A stretch of DNA of 63,473 bases, counting the filler, from Octopus bimaculoides (lineage: Eukaryota): the NCBI RefSeq assembly GCF_001194135.2. It is 4 parts of 4 records of this genome, joined end to end, with 100 filler letters (N's around TTAATTAATTAA, not from the genome) between each part and the next. Parts side by side here need not be neighbours in the genome. Positions count along the whole stretch, not along the records: positions 24,987 to 56,652 come from NC_068988.1; 3 more parts are not named here. One strand, given 5' to 3'. Below the pieces are notes generated by a model. The model was not told the DNA's origin. It did no database searches and saw nothing but the letters and a program-made list of their open reading frames with translations. The position numbers and the translations under genes were made by a program. Within the stretch, counting starts at the first letter, position 1. Each line of letters starts with the position of its first letter. Positions 27,501 through 40,939 of this stretch are shown here, piece after piece.

Positions 27501-28149
27501 ATATAGAAAAATAGACAGACATGTATATATGTTTTTTGCATATGTATATATATATTTTGTATGTGTATATATATGTAAATATGTTTATATAACTATATAT
27601 ATATTGAATATTAACTATACATATTAAATATTAACACAAACGCACACTCAACCATACACTCAAACACACACAGACACACACACAAATATGTATATATGTA
27701 CACACATGCATGAATATCCATGCATACAAATGCACTCGCACATTTATGTATGTGTATATATATCTGTACAGTTTGTTTATGCCACAGAAAGAAGAACTAA
27801 CCTCAGTTTGAACGAGATAAATCTTTTACCATTTCATTATTAGAACTTTACTCTGAGAGGGAGTAATGTAGTACAAGGATATTGATATGGGAAAAGTGAA
27901 AAAGAGCAAAACAAAAGAATGTAAACTGGTCCTAATTTTATCAAAACATTAAAAGTTATTACTCCTTCACTTGGATATGCACTTCTACACATTTTATTAC
28001 ACAAAGACAAATGCATGCACAGACACGCACACGTGCACAAATATACACATATGAATGCATACACACACATACTTAGAATATTATCTTCTATATTTGTTTT
28101 ATGCCATAAATAAAGAAATATATATTTCATATTATAATATAGGTATTTG

Positions 28150-28152
28150 TAT

Positions 28153-28192
<40 letters not shown>

Positions 28193-28194
28193 CA

Positions 28195-28246
<52 letters not shown>

Positions 28247-28375
28247 TCTGTTTACTCAAACATCCAAGGATGTACAAAATTATACGCATAAATGTAAGTA
28301 GATATAGTTAGGTAGATACAACATAGATAGTTATGTAGACAGACAGACAGACAAATAAATAAACAGAAAGATAGG

Positions 28376-28410
<35 letters not shown>

Positions 28411-28422
28411 ATAGATAAATAG

Positions 28423-28496
<74 letters not shown>

Positions 28497-28497
28497 T
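28150..28497. repeat. (TA)n and (GATA)n microsatellites
   Basis: Seen directly. Confidence 0.9.
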
Positions 28498-29354
28498 GAG
28501 GTCACATCTCCTTGAAGTGATTCATGTGATCTATCTGAATTCCTGTAGTTTAATTTCAATTTCATAATGGCTTATCTATTTGGAAGATGAGTTGACAAAA
28601 TGTCACATACACCAGACCTTTTCCATGAAACAAGGTTCATGTTCCATTCACATCACAGTTTAGCCATTACCTTCTATAGCAATTCATACTGGTGTAAAAT
28701 AAACAAGTTTCTGTGTCAAGAGTGACAGATCTAAGTGAAATGGCTAATATGATTTGTGAAATAACACTCCGCTACATCCATCAACCGGTAGCTCGCTGTC
28801 TGCACTCTATCACCTCCTCTTTGGATGAATTTTATTGTAGCATTGAAGAAGGTGTAGTGGAGGACAGGCGTAGTTTGAAGTAACATAGTTTGTAATGGTA
28901 TGTTTCCTAGGAAAATTGATGGTGATAGATAAACAAATTTACTACAAATTAAGCCATTTACTACTTATTTTCAGTGTTAAACATGATAACGATGTTCTGA
29001 AACAAGTAAACACACACATAGACAGACACACAGATAAATAGAAACTGAACCACTTGCTCATAGACTCACATGGTAGTTTGACAGGATGAGTGAAATATAT
29101 TTTGGTGATGAAGTTTAATAATTAGTTTTACCACAAGAACACGGCTGGAAATTTGGATAAAGGAATTAGTTGATGCCATCAACCACATTACTTCACTGGT
29201 ACTTTATCTTAGCTACTCTTAAAGGATGAATAGTAAAGCTGCTGGCCTTTGCAAGATTTGAATTCAAAGTTTGAAGGTCAGGAATTAATAATATTTCAAG
29301 GTATTTTTCTTGACCTAGAAATAACTCTGTCAATCTATTAACCCCATAAGGAGG

Positions 29355-29580
29355 TATAATAATGGTTTCAAAGTTTGGTACAAGGCCAGCAGTTTGTGGA
29401 GAGGGGCTAAAATTGATTACATAAACCCCAGTACTCATCTGGTACTTATTTTATCGATCCCCAAAGTTTGGGAGGCTAAGTCAACCTTAGTGGAATTTGA
29501 ACTCAGAACATAACGTTGGATGAAATACCATTATGCAATTTGACTGGTGTGCTACTGACTCTGCCAGCTTGCTGCCTTAC
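29355..29580 (-). mobile_element. SINE family B variant, CpG-decayed
   Basis: Reverse complement of the family B body with CG to TG/CA changes. Confidence 0.75.
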
Positions 29581-30921
29581 AAAGAGGTAAACAATACTAA
29601 AACACACTTATTGTTTTCACATTGTGGCTTTCAAGATCAGCTCCATTGCCGTCTGCATCTTCTACATTTTATAACAATTTCAGTAAACTGATTGCATGGA
29701 AGTTATTTTACTTGATCGTTGCTTTAGTTTTAGTTATTTCTAGAGGTAAATTTATTTACTAATCAAATTAATAATCTAATTGAAACAGAAATTTTTGACT
29801 CATTAACTTATTTATATATAACCATCTCCTCCACACCAACACATATTTCATTTTAGCTTCCACTTTTACATGTTTGGCCCCTGGGAAATATTACCTTTGT
29901 TGGAAACAGGTAAACGTTGGTGACTGATAGGACACCTGAGTGTAGAAAATCTGCCTCAATAAACTCCATCAGATACATGCATAGAAATGTGGTCGCTAAA
30001 ATGATATTGCTGCTGCTGGTATACACAGATACATACAGAAGTACATAAGTATTTTCTTAATGCATATCTTCTATACCATGAGCACTACCATTCAGAGAAG
30101 TGCATGTTGGACTAAACATTAGAGTTAAGCATTAATATCATTTGGAGGCTTAATTAAATGTGATATGTCTGAATGACAGTCTACAGCTTCTATAAAAACC
30201 AAATAGACAGTGCTGGTAACGGGGGAAAGAAATGATCTGAACTCCGTAATTTTTATACTTATATATGTGTGTGTGTGTATGTGTATCATAAAATATAATG
30301 GGCAACTAAATGTGGTGGTCCCATAGATCTAATATTGCCTATATATATATGTGTGTATATATACATACANNNNNNNNNNNNNNNNNNNNNNNNNNNNNNN
30401 NNNNNNNNNNNNNNNNNNNNNNNNNNNNNNNNNNNNNNNNNNNNNNNNNNNNNNNNNNNNNNNNNNNNNNNNNNNNNNNNNNNNNNNNNNNNNNNNNNNN
30501 NNNNNNNNNNNNNNNNTATATATATATATATATATATATGTAATTTTCTTACATATATATTCACACGATCGCACATTGGCTATATATACATCAAAAGGAA
30601 TGGAATAGATAGACAGATTAGAGCACAGATTGCATTGAAAACCTAATGTCCAGCCTTCAATCATTGGAGATGTAATCCAAGTAAATGAGAGCTTACTAGG
30701 GGAAATGCACCAGACTAGAGGAAATGCACCAGTCAACTAATGAAAATAAAATTGAAATAAGCAAACAGTGGGCAGTTACTCCTGCCATCAAAGCATCAAT
30801 AAATAAGTCATATAAATATGTATATAAATAACTTCTATAATAACTTTGATGACTGATACCACAAATAACTTCCTACTCATAGTATATTTATCTATATCTA
30901 TCTACATATAAATATATACAT

Positions 30922-31258
30922 GATGAAAGGATGAAAGGCAAAGTCGACCTTGCCAAAAATTGAACTCAGAACGTAAAGACAGACAGAATACTGCTAAGCA
31001 TTTCACCTGGCATGCTAGTGTTTCTTATTTCTTTATTGCCCACAAGGAGTCAAACATAGAGGGGACAAACAAGGACAGAAAAAGGGATTAAGTCGATTAT
31101 ATTGACCCCAGTGCGTAACTGGTACTTAATTTATCGACCCTGAAAGGATGAAAGGCAAAGTCGACCTCAGCGAAATTTGAACTCAGAATGTAATGGCAGA
31201 CGAAATACCACTAAGCATTTCACCTGGCGGGCTAACATTTCTGCCAACTCACTGCCTT
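30922..31258 (-). mobile_element. Partial plus near-full SINE family B copies in tandem
   Basis: GGATGAAAGGCAAAGTCGACCT occurs twice (about 30930 and 31146). Confidence 0.85.
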
Positions 31259-31269
31259 GTTGGCATTCA

Positions 31270-31660
31270 TATGTTGTTATCACCATATTCCCTCTGTGTC
31301 GTTGTTATTGTCGTCGTCATTGGCATCATCATCGTTGTCATTATATGAGTTATCATGTTCATCGTCTGGGTCATGATCATCAGCATCTGTGCTGGCATCG
31401 TTGGTGGCAGCTGCAGTGGAACTGTCGCCATTGTTTTGGTCATTACCATGAACACTGCCATCACCACCACTATCACCACCACTGTCATCACCACTATTGC
31501 TATTGCCATAAACACCACCACCACCACCACTATCGCCAGCACCATAGCCACAACCAGTACTGCTACCACCCCTCCACTACCACTGGTGGTACCAGACCAC
31601 CACCATCTCCACCAGCAGCACTACCACCCCAACATCATCATCATCATCCAGCATTTTTGC
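31270..31660. repeat. Low-complexity CAT/CAC/ACC triplet region
   Basis: Seen directly; it produces His/Thr-rich spurious ORFs. Confidence 0.85.
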
Positions 31661-32192
31661 ATGGTAGAATAAGTCCGATTGGTCTGAAATATAACATCTT
31701 TGCTTGTGTCTTAATCATTTTCCGTTTATCTCAAACATATTGCCCTTGGCTACATTTAGTGAACAATCAGTCTGTTGTAAACATTTGCCCACACATCTTT
31801 CTCTCTGTCGCTGTTACAATGTCTATGTACACAATATTAAACATGCAAACACATACACCTGAAGACCTTTTAAATAATGTATCTAAAAATAAAATATGAT
31901 TGCCTTTCCTAGATAAGAATTAAACCAATCATTTTCTACTGATCAATTATTAATGTACATTGATAAATATTGTTTATGACAACTAACTACAGGTATTGTT
32001 GTCTTACATAAACACAGCAAACGTGTGTGTGCGTATACACACACACACACACATGTATACATATATGTATATGTATATATACATATAAATATAGGTATCT
32101 CTCTCTCTTCCACTCTCTATGTATATATATCACTCTATCAATATATGTGTATGTGTGTGCATGTGTAAATATGTTTATATGTAATGTATATA

Positions 32193-32280
<88 letters not shown>

Positions 32281-32314
32281 AGAAAGTTGGTATGGGAAAG
32301 CACGTGGTTGGATG

Positions 32315-32713
32315 TATAAAAGATAATAAGAGTGAAAAAACTACAGAAGGCTTGTGTTACATGGTTAAAGTATATATTTAAATTATGTCAGAAAAAATGT
32401 TATAAAATCTTTTTGGTATCTAAACATTGTATTTTGAGAAATAATCGGTTTTGTGTTGTNNNNNNNNNNNNNNNNNNNNNNNNNNNNNNNNNNNNNNNNN
32501 NNNNNNNNNNNNNNNNNNNNNNNNNNNNNNNNNNNNCTTTTCAAATTTCTCTAGAGAAATTTGAAAAGACAACACGAAACCGGTTATTTCTCAAAATACA
32601 ATGTTTAGATACCAAAAAGATTTTATAACATTTTTTCTGACATAATTTAAATATATACTTTAACCATGTAACACAAGCCTTCTGTAGTTTTTTCACTCTT
32701 ATTATCTTTTATA
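32315..32713. repeat. Near-perfect long palindrome (145-bp arms plus 32-bp central palindrome), foldback/MITE-like
   Basis: 32315-32459 is the reverse complement of 32569-32713 with 2 mismatches. 32537-32568 (CTTTTCAAATTTCTCT|AGAGAAATTTGAAAAG) is self-complementary. Confidence 0.9.
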
Positions 32714-32722
32714 TATATATAC

Positions 32723-32756
<34 letters not shown>

Positions 32757-32950
32757 AGAGTATTGTAGTTTGCTTGAAGCATTGTGTATTTGTAAAGGAT
32801 AAAAAGTTTTGAATGGTACAACAATGCACTATAATACAAAAAATGGACTATATACCTGTTGCAATTTAGTTATCTATATCCCGATGATATTTCGGAATAC
32901 AATTCCTTCTTCAGATATTCTTAGACAGAGTTGCTGCTATATAATATATT

Positions 32951-33752
32951 AAAAATGCAAATTTTAGGCAATCAAACAGATTCCTGAACGTATTAATGAA
33001 AACATTCAATGAAAGTAGTTGAATCATATACATTTATACACATCAATATAAATCATGCATGTACAGGTATAAAGATTCTCTAAGGGTAGATTTAATCAAG
33101 ATAACCAAACATACATGAAAATATAGAAGAAATATGAAAATATATAAAAATTCATATAAAATTATGTATGAATAAAAAATTACATGTAAGGAGTTATGTG
33201 TGGTAAATTTAGGAATAAAAACGTCAGTTTTTAAAATGGCAAACCACCTAAATCGTTTAACAATCACTTATATAAAATATAAGATGGAAATTACACTAGA
33301 CATCATGTTTAAAAAAAAACCAAACAAATAAACTAGGATCTAAAAATTGGAGAATTTTCCATCTACAGGCGTTTCAGGGATACATTACTGGTCATGGTTA
33401 GAAATTAAATACTCCAAATATGTATCGACTCCTTAATCAGGATGATGTCCTCCTTGGTAAATTTCATCATAATATAAACTATCAGAATCAAAAATTTCTA
33501 ATAAAATGTTTTACATCTCGTATGCAAATGATCACATGTAATCTTTATTTATATGTATTTCTATATATTTTTATATTTCTTCTATATTTTCAAGTACGTT
33601 TGGTTTTATTCTTTATACTCTTGGAGAATATTCATACCTGTAAATGCAGGATGTATGTGGATGTGTATAAATATATATGATTCAACTATTTTGACTGAAT
33701 GTTTTCGTTAATGCATTCGGGAATCTGTTTGACTGCCTAAAATTTGTGTTTT
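32951..33752. mobile_element. Older foldback/MITE-like element with about 230-bp diverged inverted arms
   Basis: 32951-33188 aligns with the reverse complement of 33532-33752 (for example AAATTTTAGGCAATCAAACAGATTCC vs GAATCTGTTTGACTGCCTAAAATTT). The spacer is about 340 bp. Confidence 0.75.
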
Positions 33753-33763
33753 CAATTTTCTCT

Positions 33764-33844
<81 letters not shown>

Positions 33845-34841
33845 NNNNNNNNNNNNNNNNNNNNNNNNNNNNNNNNNNNNNNNNNNNNNNNNNNNNNNNN
33901 NNNNNNNNNNNNNNNNNNNNNNNNNNNNNNNNNNNNNNNNNNNNNNNNNNNNNNNNNNNNNNNNNNNNNNNNNNNNNNNNNNNNNNNNNNNNNNNNNNNN
34001 NNNNNNNNNNNNNNNNNNNNNNNNNNNNNNNNNNNNNNNNNNNNNNNNNNNNNNNNNNNNNNNNNNNNNNNNNNNNNNNNNNNNNNNNNNNNNNNNNNNN
34101 NNNNNNNNNNNNNNNNNNNNNNNNNNNNNNNNNNNNNNNNNNNNNNNNNNNNNNNNNNNNNNNNNNNNNNNNNNNNNNNNNNNNNNNNNNNNNNNNNNNN
34201 NNNNNNNNNNNNNNNNNNNNNNNNNNNNNNNNNNNNNNNNNNNNNNNNNNNNNNNNNNNNNNNNNNNNNNNNNNNNNNNNNNNNNNNNNNNNNNNNNNNN
34301 NNNNNNNNNNNNNNNNNNNNNNNNNNNNNNNNNNNNNNNNNNNNNNNNNNNNNNNNNNNNNNNNNNNNNNNNNNNNNNNNNNNNNNNNNNNNNNNNNNNN
34401 NNNNNNNNNNNNNNNNNNNNNNNNNNNNNNNNNNNNNNNNNNNNNNNNNNNNNNNNNNNNNNNNNNNNNNNNNNNNNNNNNNNNNNNNNNNNNNNNNNNN
34501 NNNNNNNNNNNNNNNNNNNNNNNNNNNNNNNNNNNNNNNNNNNNNNNNNNNNNNNNNNNNNNNNNNNNNNNNNNNNNNNNNNNNNNNNNNNNNNNNNNNN
34601 NNNNNNNNNNNNNNNNNNNNNNNNNNNNNNNNNNNNNNNNNNNNNNNNNNNNNNNNNNNNNNNNNNNNNNNNNNNNNNNNNNNNNNNNNNNNNNNNNNNN
34701 NNNNNNNNNNNNNNNNNNNNNNNNNNNNNNNNNNNNNNNNNNNNNNNNNNNNNNNNNNNNNNNNNNNNNNNNNNNNNNNNNNNNNNNNNNNNNNNNNNNN
34801 NNNNNNNNNNNNNNNNNNNNNTATATATATATATATGTGTA

Positions 34842-34873
<32 letters not shown>

Positions 34874-34874
34874 G

Positions 34875-34933
<59 letters not shown>

Positions 34934-35134
34934 CACTCACACATATACACATACACACATATTTAAGCTTATATAAATATTTATACATACAGCTATGTTA
35001 TTAAGAAGAATTTTATATGCGTACACAGATACATTTCACAAGTTCATGTGCAAATATAAACTCTCAGACACCAAACAGTCTATCACTACATGAATAAAAG
35101 CAATTATTCTGCTATTCACTTAGCCAAAATATAC

Positions 35135-35213
35135 CTTGAGGACTCTTTGCGTATTCCACTTGAGAGACACAACCAAAATCGGGGAATTCCAACTCCAGTC
35201 TCCATCACATTTC
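35135..35213 (-). CDS. Candidate internal exon of an unidentified gene
   Basis: Strong pyrimidine tract acceptor TTTGTTTTCTTTTTTTGTCAAG and donor AAG|GTATAT. 79 nt with locally higher GC; open as NVMETGVGIPRFWLCLSSGIRKESS. No homologue recognised. Confidence 0.3.
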
Positions 35214-35879
35214 CTTGACAAAAAAAGAAAACAAAATGCTAAGTAAATAACTCTGCTTTATAAAATCATAAAGCCAAAATGATTGTTGCTAAAATGAACC
35301 TCCACCAAATCTCAGAGGTATAAGGGAATTTCACAGATAAAAGGAATTCTTCCAAGCAATTTGGTCTTTGATTTTGTGATCACAATGAAACACAGGATAT
35401 TGTATATGATATTGGTGGATATCCTTAGCTATGCTTATTATTTTATTATTAATTTTTTTTAAATATGTTTTTCATTATTTATCATAGTGGATGCAGTACT
35501 TTCATTTCCATTTTTTTTTATCTTTTGACATTGCTATAGTTGTTATAATAGTTACTTTGCATTTTAAAAAATATTCTTTTAATGTTGATGTTTATTTATA
35601 TTTCAATTTTTTTTGTGAGCTGTGCAAATTTGTACACCTGTATTCGAGCAAAAGACACAAATATAAATATGATACAAAAACATCCAAAGATGCCTTTAAA
35701 TATGCACTCTTATACAAATGCAGTTTTCACTCTCTTTGTTCAACTCTCTCTCTCTCTCTTTCTCTCTGTCTATTTCCCTTTTTCTCTCTCTCTATGTGTA
35801 TATGTTTGATTGTACTTGCTTTCTTTATACTCACTACTGTTCAGTTTGGTAAAAAGACAGACATTTTTATAATATACAT

Positions 35880-35985
35880 ATCAGTATCTATCTGTTTGTC
35901 TGTGTGTCTGTCTGTCTTCTGTCCGTCTGTTTCGCAGTCTCTCTGTCTGTCTATCTATCTGCCTATCTATCTATCTGTCTGTCTA

Positions 35986-36019
<34 letters not shown>

Positions 36020-36350
36020 AATCTATCTATCTGTCTGTCTGTCTATCTATCGATCTCTATTTCTGTGTCTCATTAACACACACACACACGCACAGACACA
36101 AACATGCATACATGTATATACATATCCCTCTTTCCATTCATAGAAAACCTACATGCATGCTTACTCAGAAGTATGATTTAAATGATAAACATACACACAT
36201 ACATACATGCATGCATGCATACATACATACATACATACATACATACATACATACATACATACATACATACATACATACATGCATACATACATACATACAT
36301 ACATACATACATACATACATACATACATACATACATACATACATACATAA
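35880..36350. repeat. (TCTA/TCTG)n, (CA)n and (CATA)n microsatellites
   Basis: Seen directly. Confidence 0.95.
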
Positions 36351-37589
36351 ACACAAACATAAAAAACAAGCAAGGATGTAACAAGTAACAATGCCGAATT
36401 ATAAGCATGGTGCATATATATCAATATATATTCATGTATGATTGTGGAAACCATGAAGCAATATGGCGACAGGCAAAACGAAATGAAAGTTTGTTGTTCG
36501 TTTTATTTTTAAACCTTTATTAAGCAAGTTTTCCCATTTAGGAAGAGTTTAATGTAAGGTTTACACAAAAGAAAAGTTTGTGTGGTTAATGTTTCTTCCA
36601 TGGCACTGTACTATTATCATTTTCCCTCTTTGTGCAATAGTGAGTGCTCTGTCTGTGTACTTTTGGTAATAATGCCATTGCTTGTCTGAAGGGAAATAAA
36701 ATAAATGATATTGATAATAATCACAATGAAAATGATAAATATTGATGGTAATATGATCTCTTTTATTGGGCATTTGAGCCCAAAGCTTTGGGGACAGTGC
36801 ACAGGCACAATAAAAAAAAACAACAAATAATAGACATTTAAAATAAATAGGTGATATCAACAAACACAAATATACTTTAATAAACAGATAACAATAAATA
36901 GCGATAACAGTATATGAATGTAAAGGATCCTCAAAGACAAGGGCATGACTACATTCAGGTACTGAAGGCACCTTACACACAAGCCTAGTTTATCAAAGGG
37001 AAGTACTTCGTCTCATTACTTGTCCCTGACTTAAAACTTCATATTTACAGTTGGCCTATTGAAATATACCAAAGTTGCTACTCTCATTGACCTTCCATAA
37101 AATCTACTAAACACTTTCAAATTGCTCCCTAAATTCATTCTTTTCTTTGAGAGGTACTTGAAGAAGATGATGAGGGCTCAGTCTGAGATGAAAAGTTCTG
37201 TCCTGAAGCCATTTGACAGCTTTTCATCATACAATTTTCCTTGCCTTAGCCATCAGGCAGAATAAGGCTGTCAACCACTTGACAAATCAAGGTGACAGTT
37301 CAATCTTCATAATAAACTTTACAGATAGCCAAATTTGTGCCAAATGTGGAAATAGTAACATGACACAAACCCACAAATACAACAATGTGCCAACATTGAT
37401 ACATACAGTTTTATTCTCCTTCATACATCTTGGATAGGTTCAGTTTTTGATGACAGCAATATGGCTGTCATCCCAGAAAAAATCCCTGTAGCACTGTCAG
37501 GGTGAAACTATTGGATTCCATAATCCCTGATTTCAAAGTCCTTCAGAAGACACTATTCAAACTGTTTTCAGTGACATGCAGATTTGCTC

Positions 37590-37679
37590 TTAGTTGTCAC
37601 ACGATGGTGGGAGGACAAGCACAGTCACACAAGCATATACATGCATACATACATTTACACACACACACACACACACACG

Positions 37680-37728
<49 letters not shown>

Positions 37729-37860
37729 CAGACTTCTTTCAGTTTCCATCAAACAAATCCACTCACAAAGCTTTGGTTGACCCGAGGCTATAGTAGAAGA
37801 CACTTGCCCAAAGTGGGACTGAACCTGGAACCATGTAGTTGGTAAACAAGCATTACCTCT
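37590..37860 (-). mobile_element. SINE family C, partial
   Basis: CACTCACAAAGCTTTGGTTGACCCGAGGCTATAGTAGAAGACACTTGCCCAA. Confidence 0.8.
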
Positions 37861-38504
37861 CACAACTATAGAGGAGGCTATATTGAATCACTAATAAGCA
37901 AAGTAAAATGGAAGTTTGCAAAAATATTTATATAAAATACAATGTCTAAAGATGAAATTTTTTTAAAGATTCCTGATAATGGGATGGATGTTTAAAATTT
38001 TGAAACTCTTTGTAAAGTGAACTTCGAAAAAACATTTTTGTTTTCATTACTTAATCCTGACAAAAAGTGCCTTCTGGGTGAAGCTCTGTAAAATGTGGCA
38101 CTTCATGCAACAGTAATGATGTTGACAACGATGCTGCTGTTGCCACTGTTTGCAGTGATAGCAGTGGTGATGATGATGATGATGATGGTGATAGTAACAA
38201 CAGTTGATTCTAAGATAGGAACAAGGCCTGAAAATGTGGTGGGACAGAAGCTTTAGTTGATAAATCTGAGGCTATTACTTTTTCTGAGATTCTAATAATT
38301 CAGGAAATCCACCACATCCATGTTCATTCTCCCCAGTACATGACAAGCTCTTTATTTTATTGACCTGCAAAGATGAAAAGCCAAAGTGACTTTGGTGATA
38401 TTTGAACAGGTAACATAAAGAGCCAGGACATATAATACAAAGCAATTCCTATTTAACACCATACTTTATCAATGCAGCTAATCTATCACCTTAACAACAA
38501 TAAT

Positions 38505-38706
38505 AATAATAATGGTTTCAAATTTTGGCACAAGGCCGACAATTTTGGAGGAGGATAAGTCAATTACATCAGCCCTAGCACTCAAGTGGTGCTTATTTTA
38601 TTGACCCCTAAAAGGGTTAAAAGCAAAGTTGATCTCAGCAGTATTTGAACTCAGAATGAAATACTGCTAAACATTTTGCTTAGCAATTCTGCCAGTTTGC
38701 TGCCTT
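38505..38706 (-). mobile_element. SINE family B variant, CpG-decayed
   Basis: Colinear with 29355-29580. Confidence 0.75.
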
Positions 38707-38792
38707 GACTACTACTACTACTACTACTACTACGACGACGACGATGGCTACTACTACTGCTGCTGCTGCTGCTACTACTACTACTACTACTG

Positions 38793-38829
<37 letters not shown>

Positions 38830-38834
38830 TAATC

Positions 38835-39050
38835 ATTCAAGGACTTTTTGAGTGGGATGGGCTACTCGACCTGAAGAAAGTTCTTACTGGGCCCTGCCTG
38901 TAAGGTCATGCACTGAAAATTTTGATATGAGATTAACACGTAGCATACATATGGTTGTGATGCATGTGCCTGGTGTACTCTTATCAGATGGGTAGTCATG
39001 ATGGGTATATTGGGCTTCGTATATTTGCACCCCACTACCACTTTGATGAC
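38835..39050 (+). mobile_element. Interspersed repeat family E fragment
   Basis: Inverted homology to 52200-52400 (ATATGGTTGTGATGCATGTGCCTGGTGTAC). Confidence 0.7.
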
Positions 39051-39522
39051 ACTTGCTACTCTCTCACTCAATAATAACAACAATAATAATGCTGATAGCA
39101 ACATTATAATGATTACTTCTGTCTAGGCACATGGCCAATTTTCTCGTAAGGAAATATATTTAACAGAATCAATCTTCATATACCAGTCATTGTTATTTAA
39201 TCAACTGGAAGTAGAGGAATGAGAAGCTGTTGTTTGAATCATATTTTGAACAAGTTATCAACATGACAAACTAGACAGTGGAAAAATACGTAGTCTGAGA
39301 CTATTCTATTGTTATTCTTAACTCTATTGCTTTCATCCTTTCCCCCTGTCACCACTTCCAATGCCACAACAACAAGAACAACACCTTCTATTTGTATTAT
39401 ACGTATAAGGTCACTCATATGTTGCAAATAATGATTTGAAACATAAACATATGAAGCGATATATAGTCGATATTGTCTTAACATTTGAACTTGACTTATG
39501 CCTTATTTTATCATTCCTCGAG

Positions 39523-40309
39523 GGTTTAAATGTGATGTCAATCCAGGTAGGATTTAAAATTACAATGTAAATGGATGTAATTAAACATCTGCCAATCAAA
39601 CTTTCGGAATAGAAAAGTTTGAAATCTTAACCTCAGGGTTAACAATTCTGCTCCATTTACATCATATTGGGATAGTTCTATCTTAGTATATATTGAATCT
39701 TATTAATCCAGCAAGCCTGGAACCAGATAGATTCCTGAGTAGTGGATTTTCAGAACTATTACAGCTTAGGGGTAAGAAAAAGCTAAACTAATTCATATAT
39801 ATATAATGCTGCATTATGGATACTGATACATCTTACATAAGCTAAAACCTAGCTGTTGCTTAACTTAAAGTGCTAGTTCTTCGGTACAAGTTTATTCTAC
39901 TGCAATACAAAATAAGTAGACTAAAAGAAAAAAATAAAGAAGAAAAGAAAATAGGCCTTCAGATATGTAAAAGTTAAGAACAAAATCAGTAATATTTTTA
40001 CATAAATCGACTGACAAAATAGATTTTGTTTCTGTGCACAATCTACATCAAAGTTGAGTAATATCTGGGAGGTAACTTTCTTACATTCAGTATCAGTAAA
40101 ATGTCTTATAATTTTTCTTTCATTGTTTCTTAATATCATGCACTGTCAAGAACATTAGTGTACTAGCATTCTAGTTATTTTTCAGTGTTGTCACTTTCCA
40201 TAACAATATTAATGACTTAGATTTGCGTTTTGCCATATTTGCATCACTTTGTACTACTTACCTTACATTTGCTGATATCCTACAATCAGAAATGCGTCAT
40301 AAATGCAAG
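39523..40309 (+). CDS. Three phase-compatible candidate exons (39523-39546, 39712-39771, 40221-40309) of an unidentified gene
   Basis: All are AG/GT flanked (donors GTAGGA, GTAAGA, GTAATA). They splice to an open frame FKCDVNPASLEPDRFLSSGFSELLQLRDLRFAIFASLCTTYLTFADILQSEMRHKCK. No homologue recognised. Confidence 0.25.
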
Positions 40310-40654
40310 GTAATATCTTTACAAGCATACCAACAATCCATCACCATAAACTGTTGCAGTCACACACTATTGGTTGCTGATGGTGACATACTTGGCTAAT
40401 GACTACTAAATTTAAATCTTCATCATAAAATATCAAGGCTTCCAAATTAGCAAATCCTGGGTGAGTAAGCCATGGCTGTGAAATGCAATGGTTTTTGTGT
40501 GATAAGAAGTTTGGTTCTCAGCCACGTGAGTCTAGATTCAGTCCTACTGCATAGCACCTTGGACAAGTGTCTTCCACTACAGCCCCAAGCTGACCGCCGC
40601 CTTGTGAGTTGATATGGCAGAAGTAAATTGAAAGAAGCCTGTCATATATACGAG

Positions 40655-40852
40655 AGTGTGCTTGAAAGAAAATATAGGAGGATCAGTTAATTATGATTTT
40701 ATTCAACATATTCCCGACTCAGATTTTCACATGTAATACAGTGGTCCTTCAGGTTTTCTAAACCTTGTAAAAGAACTCAAAAGGTTAGGCCCCCAACCCA
40801 GCCTTTTGTGATATCCTTAAATCCAGGAACTTTTCAGCACCCCTCATGTATA
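40655..40852 (-). mobile_element. Mariner-derived MITE
   Basis: Inverted homologue of 47531-47720; TIR-like end CCAGGAACTTTTCAGCACCCCTC. Confidence 0.7.
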
Positions 40853-40868
40853 TGCATATATATACATT

Positions 40869-40939
<71 letters not shown>

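Noticed and set aside
29590-29670. Minus-strand EDADGNGADLE resembling an EF-hand loop
   Set aside because: Spacing does not fit the 12-residue loop, the acceptor is weak, and flanking stops are present.
30650-30740. IIGDVIQVNESLLG resembling a Merlin/IS1595 transposase motif
   Set aside because: Too short, with no supporting flanking motifs or TIRs.
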